This document shows, piece by piece, positions 17,419 through 28,847 of a stretch of DNA of 64,000 bases. The notes beneath the pieces were generated by a model that had not been told where the DNA came from, did not search any database, and was given only the letters and a program-made list of their open reading frames with translations. Every line of letters begins with the position of its first letter. Position 1 is the stretch's first letter. This DNA is from a virus: IMG/VR virus record IMGVR_UViG_3300010885_023630, positions 1 through 64,000 of that record; one strand, given 5' to 3'. A program made the position numbers and the translations under genes.

Positions 17419-20400
17419 TCATGGCGTATACCCTCTACTTGCTAATAGGAATCTTGCTTGATCGGTGGTGCTATTAATTAAGCCGTAGCCGTTGCTTGGA
17501 CGACCATACGCTGAGCTATACCAAACTTTTGTTTTTTCCAGTATCGATTTAGCAGGAATTTGTTTTGTCCCGGCCCCAGTTAAGAACTGTGAATTTGCGT
17601 ATTCTGGGATTCCGCGGAAGTTTCCGAGTATAAAGGCGTTTAATACATAACTCTGGGAATTGATGCCCTGAATAAAAAGTGTTCCTGTTGTGTTATCAAA
17701 TCCTTCAACGTCAAATCCGTTTGGTCCATCAAACACTTCTGGTAAACTAGCCACGGATCCTGTTAATAGTATAACTGCCAATGACTTAGAATTTACAACA
17801 GATTCTAGGACACGCATAGTTAATGTAACAGTAGTACCGGTAGTATCATATTGTGTAACAATGTCTCCAATGTTTGCTGTAATTCCTTTGGTCAACTGTA
17901 GTCCGTAACTAACACTATTAGTTATTGTAAAATTAGTATCGTGTACTAATTCTTCTGTATTAATGCCCGTGCCCGGTACTTGTTGCTGTACGCTTGAATC
18001 AACAACACGAGTACCAGACAAATATACGTCCGATGCTATTGCTGTTCCGTCAACACCGCGACGCAATTGACCAAGACTGTTTCTGTTAATAGTAGTTACA
18101 TTGGCAACAATATTAGCAAAATAACGACTGAATACGTTACCTGTTGTCAAGTAAACATTGCTGTTATAAGATAACAATGTTTGTGTTGGGTATACTACGT
18201 TAGCCACCCACGGTGTAGGCATTTCTAACGCATAGTTTCTGTAATAAACAATTTTTTCACCATTAATAAACACTACACCGGGAATACCAAGTGTTCTATT
18301 TGGCAATGGTAATACAGTGGCATCAGCAACTTGAATATTAGAATCTGTTAAACGTAATGGTGATGTTAATACTGTTGTATTTGCACTAGTGACACGATAA
18401 AACGTTTTGTCCTGATTCATATTATCAAACACTCTAAATGCCAAATTGTTTGTATCAAATACTGTCATATTCAAGGTATCGTACATACGTCCAGGAATTA
18501 ATTCTTCCGGAGCATAAGTCACAACATTGTCAAAATACTCGCCGCCAAGTACACCAATGTCACTTGGGTCAACACCAAAGTCGGTGCTGTAATTACTTGT
18601 AACAATGGCGTCAAACGTACCAGTTACAAAACTATTACCTTCTAATAGATGCGGTCTTTCAATTCCTCTTTGTGTTGCTGCCAAGTTTACATTACCGCTA
18701 TATGATGCGATACGATCGTTAGCATTACTAAATTCTTTTGTTGATATCGAATGTACGTTAGACACCGGCAATGCTAGATTAGCAGGAATAGTATAGTTAC
18801 TGGTAATTTGAAGCATACTAGTATCGTTTAACACAATAACAGAGTTAAGCGGTAATATATCGCCCACGTTAACTGATGTAATATTACTCCAAAATACAAA
18901 TGTGTTTGAAGTAGTGTACGTAGTACGGTCAAATTTCATATTAGTTTTAATACTTCTAACTAAATTATGACCTTTGTTGTTGTTGTCAAATACGTTCTTT
19001 AGTAACGCCCTGCCAATAGCACCTGTGCCCATACCTCTAAACTCTATTGTTGGGGGTACTGTGTATCCCAAGCCCGGGTTTGTAATTATTACTCGGCTTA
19101 CTCCGCCCTTGCCATCAACTATAGCATATCCTGCGGCACCTGTGCCATCGCCGCCGCGTATGATAACATCAGGCGCAGTTTTAAATCCTGTGCCGGGGTT
19201 TTCAACTTCGACGTCAACAACAGAATATTTGTAGTTTGCGTACCATTGGCTATTGACTCCTGATTGCCATTTAGCAATATCGTACGGTTGTGTTCCTGTT
19301 GGGCTACGGTAAACATTTAAATTACCTTCCCAGTATGGCGGAATATCAAAGTCTGTGATGTCGCTGTCGTACGTGTCGTTGCCAATGTAGTTAACAACAT
19401 ACTCACGAAGTGTAGTGCGATATGGCTTAACTTCATTGATATAATCTAAATAATAATTTTGGTTGTCCGCAACATAACTTGAAAATTGTTCAAGTTTTCT
19501 AATGTATTGTTTAGCACTTAAGAAACTTGTTTTAAACGCCCACTCAATGTTTTGTTGTTCGGTTAAAGCGTACTTGATCATTGAGAAGAATACACGATTA
19601 TAATCATTGGCCAAATCATCTATTAATACTTCATTTTGTATAGCAGTTAATATTTGACGCAATTCTGTAGCAGGAATTGGTGTAGTGTTGATCTGTATAG
19701 TTCCATTCTCTATACCAACTAAGTTTAATTCTAAATTGTCATCAATATAATAGACCTCAAAGCCCCTGTTGCCAGCGTTTAATACTTTGATGTGTGTTCT
19801 GGGTACTAATTTTTGTTTTCCTAGCTCTAGTGTATTGTTTACAATTACGTCAGGAACGTTTGTAGAATTATAACTAGAATCATACCAATCGGTGTAACTC
19901 CAATATAAACTAGTCTTAAACGACTGTGCTCTAACAAGAGTAAATACGCCTACACTATTGTTTATGTTGGTCAATTGATAAATTGCCCATTTATTATTTT
20001 GTGTAATATCGTCGGTTACAAGAACATTAGTAGACCCAACTGTTAACATTGTTGGGTCAAGATAATATAACTCATCAACTGTTGATACTGAAAGATCATA
20101 CGCACCAGAATTTGCAGCTGGGATCGATTCGTTACTTTTTAATGTAGTTAATACCTTACGTGCTACAATTGGGTATGCCAATAGTATTGGATTGATAATG
20201 CTTAGGTAATTGTCCAACGCCTGCTGAGCGTAAACAAACATAGTTTGTCTTGGGCTCCCTTTAATAAGACCAGCTATACCGTATTTTTGGCTAACTGGTA
20301 AATTAACGTCCGGTACTTGATTCCCAGCGCGGTCAACTCCCGACAGGCTATCAATGAATTTATTAAGAATAGCGGCAGGTATTCCGCTGTCTGGGTTGCC

Positions 20401-23400
20401 CTCTTGTACTAGAGCATATTCACTATGTACCTCTCCGGCATCAACGGTGCGACTACCAATGTGCAATACTGTATTAGTTCCCGATAAAAGAGAACCAACA
20501 TTCTGTAATGTTATTGTAGTCGATGACAATATAGTAGCATAAGGAATACCCTGACTTTGCGGACTACTAATAATATTAGTAATACTGATTACGCTATTTT
20601 CTTTTCCGTCTGCAACTATATCAAGGCCTTTGACCCAGTAATAATACTTAACTTTAACATTTCCAATAGTATCTACATAACCATATGTAGAATATGCGCT
20701 GTCGTCTTCGTGTAATGGTGTTCCGCGATTTCCAGAATCTTTATATTTGCTTGGTAATACTGTACTTTCTGTCCACTGGTATACATCAATACTTGACCCC
20801 GGGAATTGTTCTCCCCAGTGATTTAATCTATAAATTAAACTGTCTTGTTCGTAGTCAATATAACGAACTGTATCTAAGTTCCACCATATTTGACCAACTT
20901 GTCTAGGACCCCAGGCCATTTCAGCATGTAATTGTACCGTTCCGTTACTGTATAATGCTGGATCTTTAGTAGTTTTAAAATCAATATCCTTGTCGGCGGT
21001 ATTTAATATTTTGCCTTTATTAGGATCAACAAAATCTAGAGCCGCTAATATGTTATTAGTATTTTTATTATACATAAACGTACGACTAACATTGTTAATA
21101 TCAACTTTCAGCAACTGGCTTCTTGTTAATGTCCATACTGTTGACCCACGAGGATTTTTAAATATGTGCGCCGACTTTCCGCCAGGCGAACCTAACACAA
21201 TCACGTTACGAGTAACGTCTATAGACGAACCAAATCTATCCCATGAATGTACTTGTGTTTCCAAGTCCTGTACGTAGGTGTAAATTCCTGCTGTATTGCT
21301 TACTTGATCAATCTGTGGTTCAAATATGTACGCGGCCCCAGCATTGATAATCTTATCAACAAATAATGTTAATCCACTGTCGATAACTGTTTCTGTGCCA
21401 AATTGGTCAAACGTAGTTGGTTCTTTGCTTGGAGCGCCTTCTGCCCCAATAGCCAATACTTTAGCATCGGCAGACACACTAATTGTTGAACCAAATGCGC
21501 CGCCTTGACGATCAGGGTGAATCAATGCTTCATTAAATGCGTAATATCCATTTGTTAATGTGTAGCGTTCTACTAGACCGTTTTGTGCTCCGCTGGCTAT
21601 TGACCCCGGAATACCAATGAACAAGTTTCCGCCAGTGCCGTCAATGTCCAAGTCAGCACCAAAATGGGAGTATTTGTTTTTTTGCTGGCTGTATAGTACA
21701 TTACCTTGTGTAATTACATTGGCATTGGCCGATCTCGTGTATACATAAGCAAGACCGTTCTGTGTCACTGTGTCATCGGCTTCGGGAGCAGATATGAAAA
21801 CAGTTGTACCATTGGCGTTAGTTTTAACTACATTACCAAACGACGTTGTGCCAACATTGCTACAGGTTTGTACATAAACATTATTTTTAAATTGATACGT
21901 AGTTACTCGATTATTGCCGCCGACATATAACCAATTGGTATCTGCGCTTAAGGCAATGCTTGTTACACGGCTAAATGTATTTGTTTGTAACTGTGTAATT
22001 GCGCCATTAACGTGTCGGTAAACATGAATATGATTTTCCGATCCAACAACAAGAACGTTGCCCTTTGATTCAATTACTGATCCAAATTTTGGTTTTGCGT
22101 TGGGGTCGGTAATTGTAACATTGGCCTGATAATTTCCGCCAACGTTAGCAAATATTTGTACTTGTGCGGCACCCGGATTACCAACATAAATGTATTGGCT
22201 ATTGCTACTGATGCGTGTGCTTGTGCCAAATTTACTATTGGCTGTTATTGTGTTTGCTGTAATTTTTACTGCGGCATTGCTCAACCAGGGCTTACGGAAC
22301 GTGTATACTCCCCAACCGTTGGGGGTGGCGTTATTTACCCACACTCGATCCCCGTCAATCCAGTCTGTTTGCGGAGTAATTGAATCAATTTCTGATAGGC
22401 TATCAATGACCATTGGTCCAAGACTATACACTATGCCCTGAGATTTAATCGGGCTTGCTCCAATTAAATAACGTAACTTAGTAAACTCACCAGTAATTCT
22501 AATTGTTACCTGTGTAGAATTTACCACGCGAATAACTTTATATAATCCGTTATAGTCATTAAATGGCGATTGAAACTGCCCAAGTATAAATAAATCTCCC
22601 TCGTTGAACGGATGACGATAATCAAATGTTATTGTAGCAAGGTCGTCTAAAGAATAAGATAACGTTGTTGCTGTTAATCCAGTCTCATTGACACGGAATA
22701 CATTCCAGTGGTTGTTGCCATCTTTTGTTGTCCAAATTCTGTGACCTCTACCAACATTAAGAATTGTTTCTGGTGTAGTAGTGGTAATATCAAATATTTG
22801 TGTTTCTACATCGTCGACGTTTACATAACCAGCATTGGGTAAATCGCCGGGGTAATCGCTGTCTGTTCTATTTTGATACAAACTTGTTATAGTAAAGTCA
22901 TTGGCGTTATAGATGTTTCCACCGGACACACCAACAATAACATTGGAATTATTATATGTTTCAGTTAAATTTAATGTTAACGGGGTATTAATAAATTCAC
23001 TTTGATTTAAAATAAATTCAACAAATTGATTGTTGCTTAAATCTCCGTAACGCCCGACCTGGAACGCCCACTCCTCGTATGTGTCAATGTTACCTTGTAC
23101 GTTATCAAACGATCCTTTAGTTAATGCGTTAATAGCATTGATTGTACCTTTTTGTTTAATGTAACCTTGATAGAATTTTGTTTGGTTTGGGATCGTAATT
23201 CCCAAATTGCTTAGATACGGGCGTTGGCGGAAGCCTATTAGTCCCGAGCTGAATAACTGTAAATCTTCTTCGGCAGGAGGACTATCTACGTCGTAGAATT
23301 GTAAGAATTTTTGTGCGTTGTGTCCAAGACTCGGTAATAGTCCTTGTTTTATATTTTCTGCTGGTATCAGCGTCCATTTACCAAGATCAAAAGTAGTTGC

Positions 23401-26400
23401 TGCCGGAATGTCTGCTTTGGCAGCATAATATGAACTATTAAAAGTAACAAGGTCACCGGTTAAATAATCTTTGTCTACAGACCAATCGTTAATGTCTGGA
23501 TCACTGTAAATATAACCTGTGGCAGAGAACGATCCGTTCCAACTACCGGTTCGTGAGCCGTTTAATTTTAAACGATATTGTCTATTTCCTAAATGCGGAA
23601 GATATATAATATCGTTAAAATCTGTAACATTATCAAATACCAATACATGCTCTGTCTGAACCAAATTTAGCCTAGCAAAACAAATCATTGATCCGTTAAC
23701 TGTTGTAATTTTTGTATTGTTAACGTCCTCGGCTGTTTCTCGTAGAATATTAAATTCGTTGGACTTGATTGGAAGATAATTTTGATTTAATATTTTACTT
23801 CCATTTACAGTATTTTCAATTTCGCCAACTGTTGTAAGTATGCTTTTTATTGTCAACTGTGTAGATGTTGGATTTAAAATAATAAGAGCACCCTCTACCC
23901 AGCCTTGTTGACTCCAGTATAGAAACTCCTTGGCACTCAATGACCAATCGCGAATTTCTCCTAGGTCCGAATCAATTTGTTCAAAATAAAATCCAAGATT
24001 TTTTAAATAACGTTCATATCCAATCAAGAAACTCACAGTCTGTTGTATACTTGTAAATTCAGTTCCGTACGGAATTGTTACATAAGAACCGTTTGCGACT
24101 GATTTGTTATATAATTTTGCTACTTTATCATTTACTTTAATTGTTCTAAAATCGTTATTAGCCAAGTCCGGTAATACTGTAAAGAAGGGATTTGCCGTAT
24201 CGTAGCCCGACACAGTATAACCGTTTGCTGTTCTTTCAACTATTACTGCGCTATATCCAACAGAAGTAGTAGGAACAGATTTATTCAAATATATTTTATA
24301 ATTCTCGTCTGGAATTACAACGCTACTACTATTACTGTTTGGGCTGGTTTGTTCTGCTGTTACTGATATTAAGTTTTTGTCAGCAAAACCGCCCACCTTA
24401 TAAGTTAAGTTTACGTCGAGTCCTTTTATAAAATTGTTAAATGTTTCAACCGGGTCAATGCCATAACTTTTAACATTGTCTGCTATCCAATTTAAATAAC
24501 CACTAGAACGGCGCACGGCTCCAGACGTGGTATCTCCGTTGACTATTAGTAATGCCGGAGAAATTTTATTATTGTCAACATCACTAAATTGTCCCGTTGT
24601 GGGATTAACAAAAAATCTACTAGGATCAATTTGTGTAGCAAAGTATTCAGCAGGTTTTGCTGTTGCTAAAGCTAATTGTGCTACAAAAGGAAAATCACTG
24701 CTTCGGCGCCAGGCTGTTTCAACAGGACCGTGCTGACCAAACTGAAAATTGCTTGATGCTGTGGCCCCAATTGACGATCCTGTTAACGGAATTTGTGTCG
24801 GGTTTAATAAATTACCGGCGTTATCAACAGGTATAAAATTAGTCAGCCCCGGACGAGCAAAACGTTTGTCTATGTAAGGATCGCCAGAGTTCCATACATA
24901 TCCAGTTTCTAAATCTTGCCACAGCGTTCCGTTGCCGCTTGTATACGGGGCTGGGCCATAACGGTCCTTCCACCAAGTTGGCATACTACCAAACCCTATC
25001 ATTTCCCAAGGAGTTAAATTAGGTGTAACTGTATCAAACCAATGGTTATAAATTGATCTCCAGGACCCAGTTAAACCAGAGTTAGTAATAATATCCCGAA
25101 CACTACCGTAATTCCATGTCCACGGATTGTTGGCATCAAACCAATTATTTGATGTGTAGTCGAGATTATTTTGGCCAATCCATTGTAAAAAATGTCTAGA
25201 CAATAAATGTATATACGCATTATACGAATAATCGGTGGTTCTGAATTTACCAGGTACAAGATCATAAAAGTCAATCACGTTATTATTGTTATTAACTTTA
25301 ATGTTGTTATAAATTCGTTTTTCTAGCTCAAGTAAATATTGATCTCTAAAATCCCCAAACGACGGAGTTAAACTACCATCGTGTCCGCGAATCATGTTAG
25401 TGGGCGTTTGATATGTATCGTCACGATATACTGTAGGTGTATACTTAGGAAATAATCCTAATTTAGTAGGTGTCTCTGGAATATAATTGCCATCTGTACT
25501 TGCGTAATCTTTAATAACAAGTTTGTCGCCGTAGTTAAATGGTTGACTGAAAATTACAGTAGGACTCAATTGACTAAATGTGTAATCAACGTCGGCAATT
25601 AACTGTTCTCCGTTGCGGTAGATTAAAACGGCCCTATTGCTTAACTGAGTATTATTAAAAATACCATTGATTTCATAATTGGTTTTTCGTTCGTCTAAGA
25701 CCGTATAGTTAATAGTCGAATAATTTCCGCTATATGGTACCATATCCGAATAGTACCAAGGAAAGCTACTATTTTTAACAGCATTAATGTTTTGTAAGAT
25801 TTTATCAACGCCGCTAATAGGATCGTTGTAATCAAGATCAGTTAGCGTATGACATAAAGATAAAAACTTATTTTTAAATCTTGCGTACTCTCTACGTGCT
25901 AGATTAATACCATCAGAAAAATTTAAAGTAGGATGATTTAAAAACGCCATGCCGTAGATAACCGGGGCACCATGTTGTACAAGAGTGCCGCCTTGTGCTT
26001 TTAAATAACTATCTTGTAGAGGTTTATTTCCACTGGTGTTTTCAATTAACTTATAATAATGGTTTCGTATCTGGCCAAGTGAAATAGATGTAATTTTTTC
26101 ATTTAATGGATTTAAATCTAAATTGGTAGGTATCTGGTAGTAACCGTTGCCACTGGGCGAAGGAGTATTACTATAAACTAATACGTCAATTTTATCTCCA
26201 ACTGTTGGCAATGTATTGAGACGTACAATATGGCGGCCAGCGCCATATTCCATTAATTTATACTCGGTAGTTGCTAATAATTTATTATTTAAATAGACCT
26301 TGATATAAGGAATTGTTGTCTGGCCGGTTGGCAATACATCAACCTGTACAAACGCATATTCTTTATCAACTTCATCTTTAATAATTAAACCGTTATATAG

Positions 26401-28839
26401 TTTTGTGAATACTTGATACTGTTGTGTTTTTTCTTTTCCAACAACCCAGTTATTAACTAGTGTTCCGTTCTTAGACAAATAACCACTGTTACAATTTATT
26501 GTTTCTTGTGTTAGATAATTTGTATAGGTAAATGAGTCGGTGTCGTAATAATTATCAAATACAATATCACCAATGCTGTTAAAGTTTTGATATTTTAATC
26601 TTAGATTAGTTAAAATACTATCATGTTTACCGGTACCCTCGGCATAACCAAAAAATCTTGTACCGGCAAATGTACTATTGGGATATACCGTTGTATCAGA
26701 AAAACTATATCCACTGGCATCTAATAGATCAAATAGCGGTGGTTGATTAACTGTTGTTTTGACCTGTGCTTGAATCCAATTGGTGCCATTATAATAAAAA
26801 GGTATACCTTTGTTATTGCCCTGGGTGGCCAATACATTTAAACCAGGTGTTGCTTTGATTCCAGTATCTATTAGTGTGATGAAATTACTGTTGTTAATTC
26901 TTTCAACAACAACTTTCCAAATTTTATCTCGTATATTAGTATCAAAGTCATTGGCAAAAATAACCAATTGCCCTTGGTTAGCTCCACTTAATGTTACGCC
27001 ATTGACTGTTACTATGCCTTTTCCTTCGACGTCAACAAAGGCATCTCGTTGCGCTAAAAAGTCAACTATATCAACTATAATTAACTCTTGCTCTCCATAA
27101 TTAAAAAGTTTTAAATCAGGCTCAAACTCAACGATAGGACGTCGGGCAGGTAGATTAGGACCGTAATCAATTTCTTTTTGTTTATACTTTGCTGTTGCTT
27201 CAATGGCACCTTTATGGAACCAACGATTGTATCTGCTCCATGTATTGCGATCTTTGCTACTGCGATTTATAGTAATATAGTCGGGAGTTGTATTAATATA
27301 CGCACCAATTGGTTCAGTAATAACCAATTGATCAACTGGAGTCAGCGTAATACTGGTTCCAACCCCATCAACATAATATTCTCTATCGGCATAATCCCCG
27401 GGACTCACAAAGGAATCAAATTTAACTTTTAATCCGTTTGTAAATAAAATCCCATTGGGACTTTTATAACCGACGCTACCAATAATGTCTCTGTCAATGT
27501 TTATTGGTGTAGATTTATTATCAACAATTTTAATAACGCCGTTGAACCCGCCGTCGGTACCGTCTTGGTAGTACAGGTAATCTAGGTTAGATGTAATTTG
27601 CGGAACTTTTGCGTAACTATGATTGTTGTTTAACCAAAAATAATTACTTGCTCGTGTGCGGCCAGAACGAATGAATATTTTTTCTAATTTCTTAACTTCT
27701 GCCACAGGTCGAATCTGTATAATAAAATCGTTAATAACGGGCACTGGTACCAGTACAATTTCCCAGATGTTTGTTCTATTAATTAAAGGAGTACGAGGGT
27801 TGGCTTCAACTGGTATAATACTACCCGGAACAATTTCAGTTGTATTGGCCAGTAGGTAACTTTCCCAACCCGACGGTAGTGCCGGAGTAGTCCAAAAGCT
27901 ACTGTCATGGTCGTTGTTTATAAATGCAAATGTTTTGCCAATTAACGAAGAATTAACACCATCTAACCCGCTTGGAAATTCTGTCAAGAAGTCACTTAAA
28001 AATCTATTTTGTATATCTGTATACTTAAATGTAACTGCCAAGTCAACAGTTGCGGGTGTTTTTCCGTCTGTTTTTTTGGCTATATTCATTTGTAAGAAAA
28101 AATTCTGTGCGCTTTCTAGCGGCACATTAAATCTTACTATTCCTGTTTCTGCTCCATTATTTTGTACGCCAAAAACTTCTCGTGTAGTAACTGTTGGTAT
28201 TTCTGTTTCTACGCCGCTGGCACCGGGCTCTGTTTGAATCCAAAATTTGCTACCAGGTTGTCCTAATTTAAACTCGTATGTTCCGCCACGGGCCACAGTC
28301 AACTGAGGATTGGCGTGTGAACCCATGTCACTAAATGTATATCCACCCTCGTCTTTGTTTTTGGTCACTTCCCAAGTTGCTTGGTAAGGTGTTTGGTCAG
28401 CGTATACATTTACTGATTCGGGGCCGTTGGGTAACCAGTAGTAGTTGTAGTAATTTACAAATTTGTCGTAATTGAAACGGCCATCGTAATTGTAATATTC
28501 AGCACCAAACATACGCTGGTGATTACTGTTTGCAAATCCAGAGTTGTTAGTTATTCCTTGTAATAAATCAATGTAACTAGAAGTAAAATCAACTTGACTA
28601 TTTTTATCTTTAGAAACAACGCTTGGCTCAAGTTGATAGCGTACACGATTTAATCCCAACTCAGGAATATAATTGTCACCTAACTTATATGTTGGCGCAA
28701 AGGTACGACCAATGTAGCCGTCAATGATTACATTCTTGGCATCAGCAGTTAATTGGTCTAAGGTAGCACTAAAGAATTTTTTATTAGCGTCTGAGCGAAA
28801 TATCTCAGGTAAAAAATTGTTTGTATTGTTTACGGCCAT
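17419..28839 (-). CDS. Giant baseplate wedge protein (gp7-like position), 3806 aa
   Basis: Uninterrupted 11.4 kb ORF directly after gp6; N-terminal FLPEIFR..NKKFF; FG-GAP-like propeller repeats and VxVxNPGxG(F/Y)xxxP repeats. Confidence 0.7.
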   Translation of the reverse strand: MAVNNTNNFLPEIFRSDANKKFFSATLDQLTADAKNVIIDGYIGRTFAPTYKLGDNYIPELGLNRVRYQLEPSVVSKDKNSQVDFTSSYIDLLQGITNNSGFANSNHQRMFGAEYYNYDGRFNYDKFVNYYNYYWLPNGPESVNVYADQTPYQATWEVTKNKDEGGYTFSDMGSHANPQLTVARGGTYEFKLGQPGSKFWIQTEPGASGVETEIPTVTTREVFGVQNNGAETGIVRFNVPLESAQNFFLQMNIAKKTDGKTPATVDLAVTFKYTDIQNRFLSDFLTEFPSGLDGVNSSLIGKTFAFINNDHDSSFWTTPALPSGWESYLLANTTEIVPGSIIPVEANPRTPLINRTNIWEIVLVPVPVINDFIIQIRPVAEVKKLEKIFIRSGRTRASNYFWLNNNHSYAKVPQITSNLDYLYYQDGTDGGFNGVIKIVDNKSTPINIDRDIIGSVGYKSPNGILFTNGLKVKFDSFVSPGDYADREYYVDGVGTSITLTPVDQLVITEPIGAYINTTPDYITINRSSKDRNTWSRYNRWFHKGAIEATAKYKQKEIDYGPNLPARRPIVEFEPDLKLFNYGEQELIIVDIVDFLAQRDAFVDVEGKGIVTVNGVTLSGANQGQLVIFANDFDTNIRDKIWKVVVERINNSNFITLIDTGIKATPGLNVLATQGNNKGIPFYYNGTNWIQAQVKTTVNQPPLFDLLDASGYSFSDTTVYPNSTFAGTRFFGYAEGTGKHDSILTNLRLKYQNFNSIGDIVFDNYYDTDSFTYTNYLTQETINCNSGYLSKNGTLVNNWVVGKEKTQQYQVFTKLYNGLIIKDEVDKEYAFVQVDVLPTGQTTIPYIKVYLNNKLLATTEYKLMEYGAGRHIVRLNTLPTVGDKIDVLVYSNTPSPSGNGYYQIPTNLDLNPLNEKITSISLGQIRNHYYKLIENTSGNKPLQDSYLKAQGGTLVQHGAPVIYGMAFLNHPTLNFSDGINLARREYARFKNKFLSLCHTLTDLDYNDPISGVDKILQNINAVKNSSFPWYYSDMVPYSGNYSTINYTVLDERKTNYEINGIFNNTQLSNRAVLIYRNGEQLIADVDYTFSQLSPTVIFSQPFNYGDKLVIKDYASTDGNYIPETPTKLGLFPKYTPTVYRDDTYQTPTNMIRGHDGSLTPSFGDFRDQYLLELEKRIYNNIKVNNNNNVIDFYDLVPGKFRTTDYSYNAYIHLLSRHFLQWIGQNNLDYTSNNWFDANNPWTWNYGSVRDIITNSGLTGSWRSIYNHWFDTVTPNLTPWEMIGFGSMPTWWKDRYGPAPYTSGNGTLWQDLETGYVWNSGDPYIDKRFARPGLTNFIPVDNAGNLLNPTQIPLTGSSIGATASSNFQFGQHGPVETAWRRSSDFPFVAQLALATAKPAEYFATQIDPSRFFVNPTTGQFSDVDNNKISPALLIVNGDTTSGAVRRSSGYLNWIADNVKSYGIDPVETFNNFIKGLDVNLTYKVGGFADKNLISVTAEQTSPNSNSSSVVIPDENYKIYLNKSVPTTSVGYSAVIVERTANGYTVSGYDTANPFFTVLPDLANNDFRTIKVNDKVAKLYNKSVANGSYVTIPYGTEFTSIQQTVSFLIGYERYLKNLGFYFEQIDSDLGEIRDWSLSAKEFLYWSQQGWVEGALIILNPTSTQLTIKSILTTVGEIENTVNGSKILNQNYLPIKSNEFNILRETAEDVNNTKITTVNGSMICFARLNLVQTEHVLVFDNVTDFNDIIYLPHLGNRQYRLKLNGSRTGSWNGSFSATGYIYSDPDINDWSVDKDYLTGDLVTFNSSYYAAKADIPAATTFDLGKWTLIPAENIKQGLLPSLGHNAQKFLQFYDVDSPPAEEDLQLFSSGLIGFRQRPYLSNLGITIPNQTKFYQGYIKQKGTINAINALTKGSFDNVQGNIDTYEEWAFQVGRYGDLSNNQFVEFILNQSEFINTPLTLNLTETYNNSNVIVGVSGGNIYNANDFTITSLYQNRTDSDYPGDLPNAGYVNVDDVETQIFDITTTTPETILNVGRGHRIWTTKDGNNHWNVFRVNETGLTATTLSYSLDDLATITFDYRHPFNEGDLFILGQFQSPFNDYNGLYKVIRVVNSTQVTIRITGEFTKLRYLIGASPIKSQGIVYSLGPMVIDSLSEIDSITPQTDWIDGDRVWVNNATPNGWGVYTFRKPWLSNAAVKITANTITANSKFGTSTRISSNSQYIYVGNPGAAQVQIFANVGGNYQANVTITDPNAKPKFGSVIESKGNVLVVGSENHIHVYRHVNGAITQLQTNTFSRVTSIALSADTNWLYVGGNNRVTTYQFKNNVYVQTCSNVGTTSFGNVVKTNANGTTVFISAPEADDTVTQNGLAYVYTRSANANVITQGNVLYSQQKNKYSHFGADLDIDGTGGNLFIGIPGSIASGAQNGLVERYTLTNGYYAFNEALIHPDRQGGAFGSTISVSADAKVLAIGAEGAPSKEPTTFDQFGTETVIDSGLTLFVDKIINAGAAYIFEPQIDQVSNTAGIYTYVQDLETQVHSWDRFGSSIDVTRNVIVLGSPGGKSAHIFKNPRGSTVWTLTRSQLLKVDINNVSRTFMYNKNTNNILAALDFVDPNKGKILNTADKDIDFKTTKDPALYSNGTVQLHAEMAWGPRQVGQIWWNLDTVRYIDYEQDSLIYRLNHWGEQFPGSSIDVYQWTESTVLPSKYKDSGNRGTPLHEDDSAYSTYGYVDTIGNVKVKYYYWVKGLDIVADGKENSVISITNIISSPQSQGIPYATILSSTTITLQNVGSLLSGTNTVLHIGSRTVDAGEVHSEYALVQEGNPDSGIPAAILNKFIDSLSGVDRAGNQVPDVNLPVSQKYGIAGLIKGSPRQTMFVYAQQALDNYLSIINPILLAYPIVARKVLTTLKSNESIPAANSGAYDLSVSTVDELYYLDPTMLTVGSTNVLVTDDITQNNKWAIYQLTNINNSVGVFTLVRAQSFKTSLYWSYTDWYDSSYNSTNVPDVIVNNTLELGKQKLVPRTHIKVLNAGNRGFEVYYIDDNLELNLVGIENGTIQINTTPIPATELRQILTAIQNEVLIDDLANDYNRVFFSMIKYALTEQQNIEWAFKTSFLSAKQYIRKLEQFSSYVADNQNYYLDYINEVKPYRTTLREYVVNYIGNDTYDSDITDFDIPPYWEGNLNVYRSPTGTQPYDIAKWQSGVNSQWYANYKYSVVDVEVENPGTGFKTAPDVIIRGGDGTGAAGYAIVDGKGGVSRVIITNPGLGYTVPPTIEFRGMGTGAIGRALLKNVFDNNNKGHNLVRSIKTNMKFDRTTYTTSNTFVFWSNITSVNVGDILPLNSVIVLNDTSMLQITSNYTIPANLALPVSNVHSISTKEFSNANDRIASYSGNVNLAATQRGIERPHLLEGNSFVTGTFDAIVTSNYSTDFGVDPSDIGVLGGEYFDNVVTYAPEELIPGRMYDTLNMTVFDTNNLAFRVFDNMNQDKTFYRVTSANTTVLTSPLRLTDSNIQVADATVLPLPNRTLGIPGVVFINGEKIVYYRNYALEMPTPWVANVVYPTQTLLSYNSNVYLTTGNVFSRYFANIVANVTTINRNSLGQLRRGVDGTAIASDVYLSGTRVVDSSVQQQVPGTGINTEELVHDTNFTITNSVSYGLQLTKGITANIGDIVTQYDTTGTTVTLTMRVLESVVNSKSLAVILLTGSVASLPEVFDGPNGFDVEGFDNTTGTLFIQGINSQSYVLNAFILGNFRGIPEYANSQFLTGAGTKQIPAKSILEKTKVWYSSAYGRPSNGYGLINSTTDQARFLLASRGYTP

Positions 28840-28847
28840 TAGTTATC

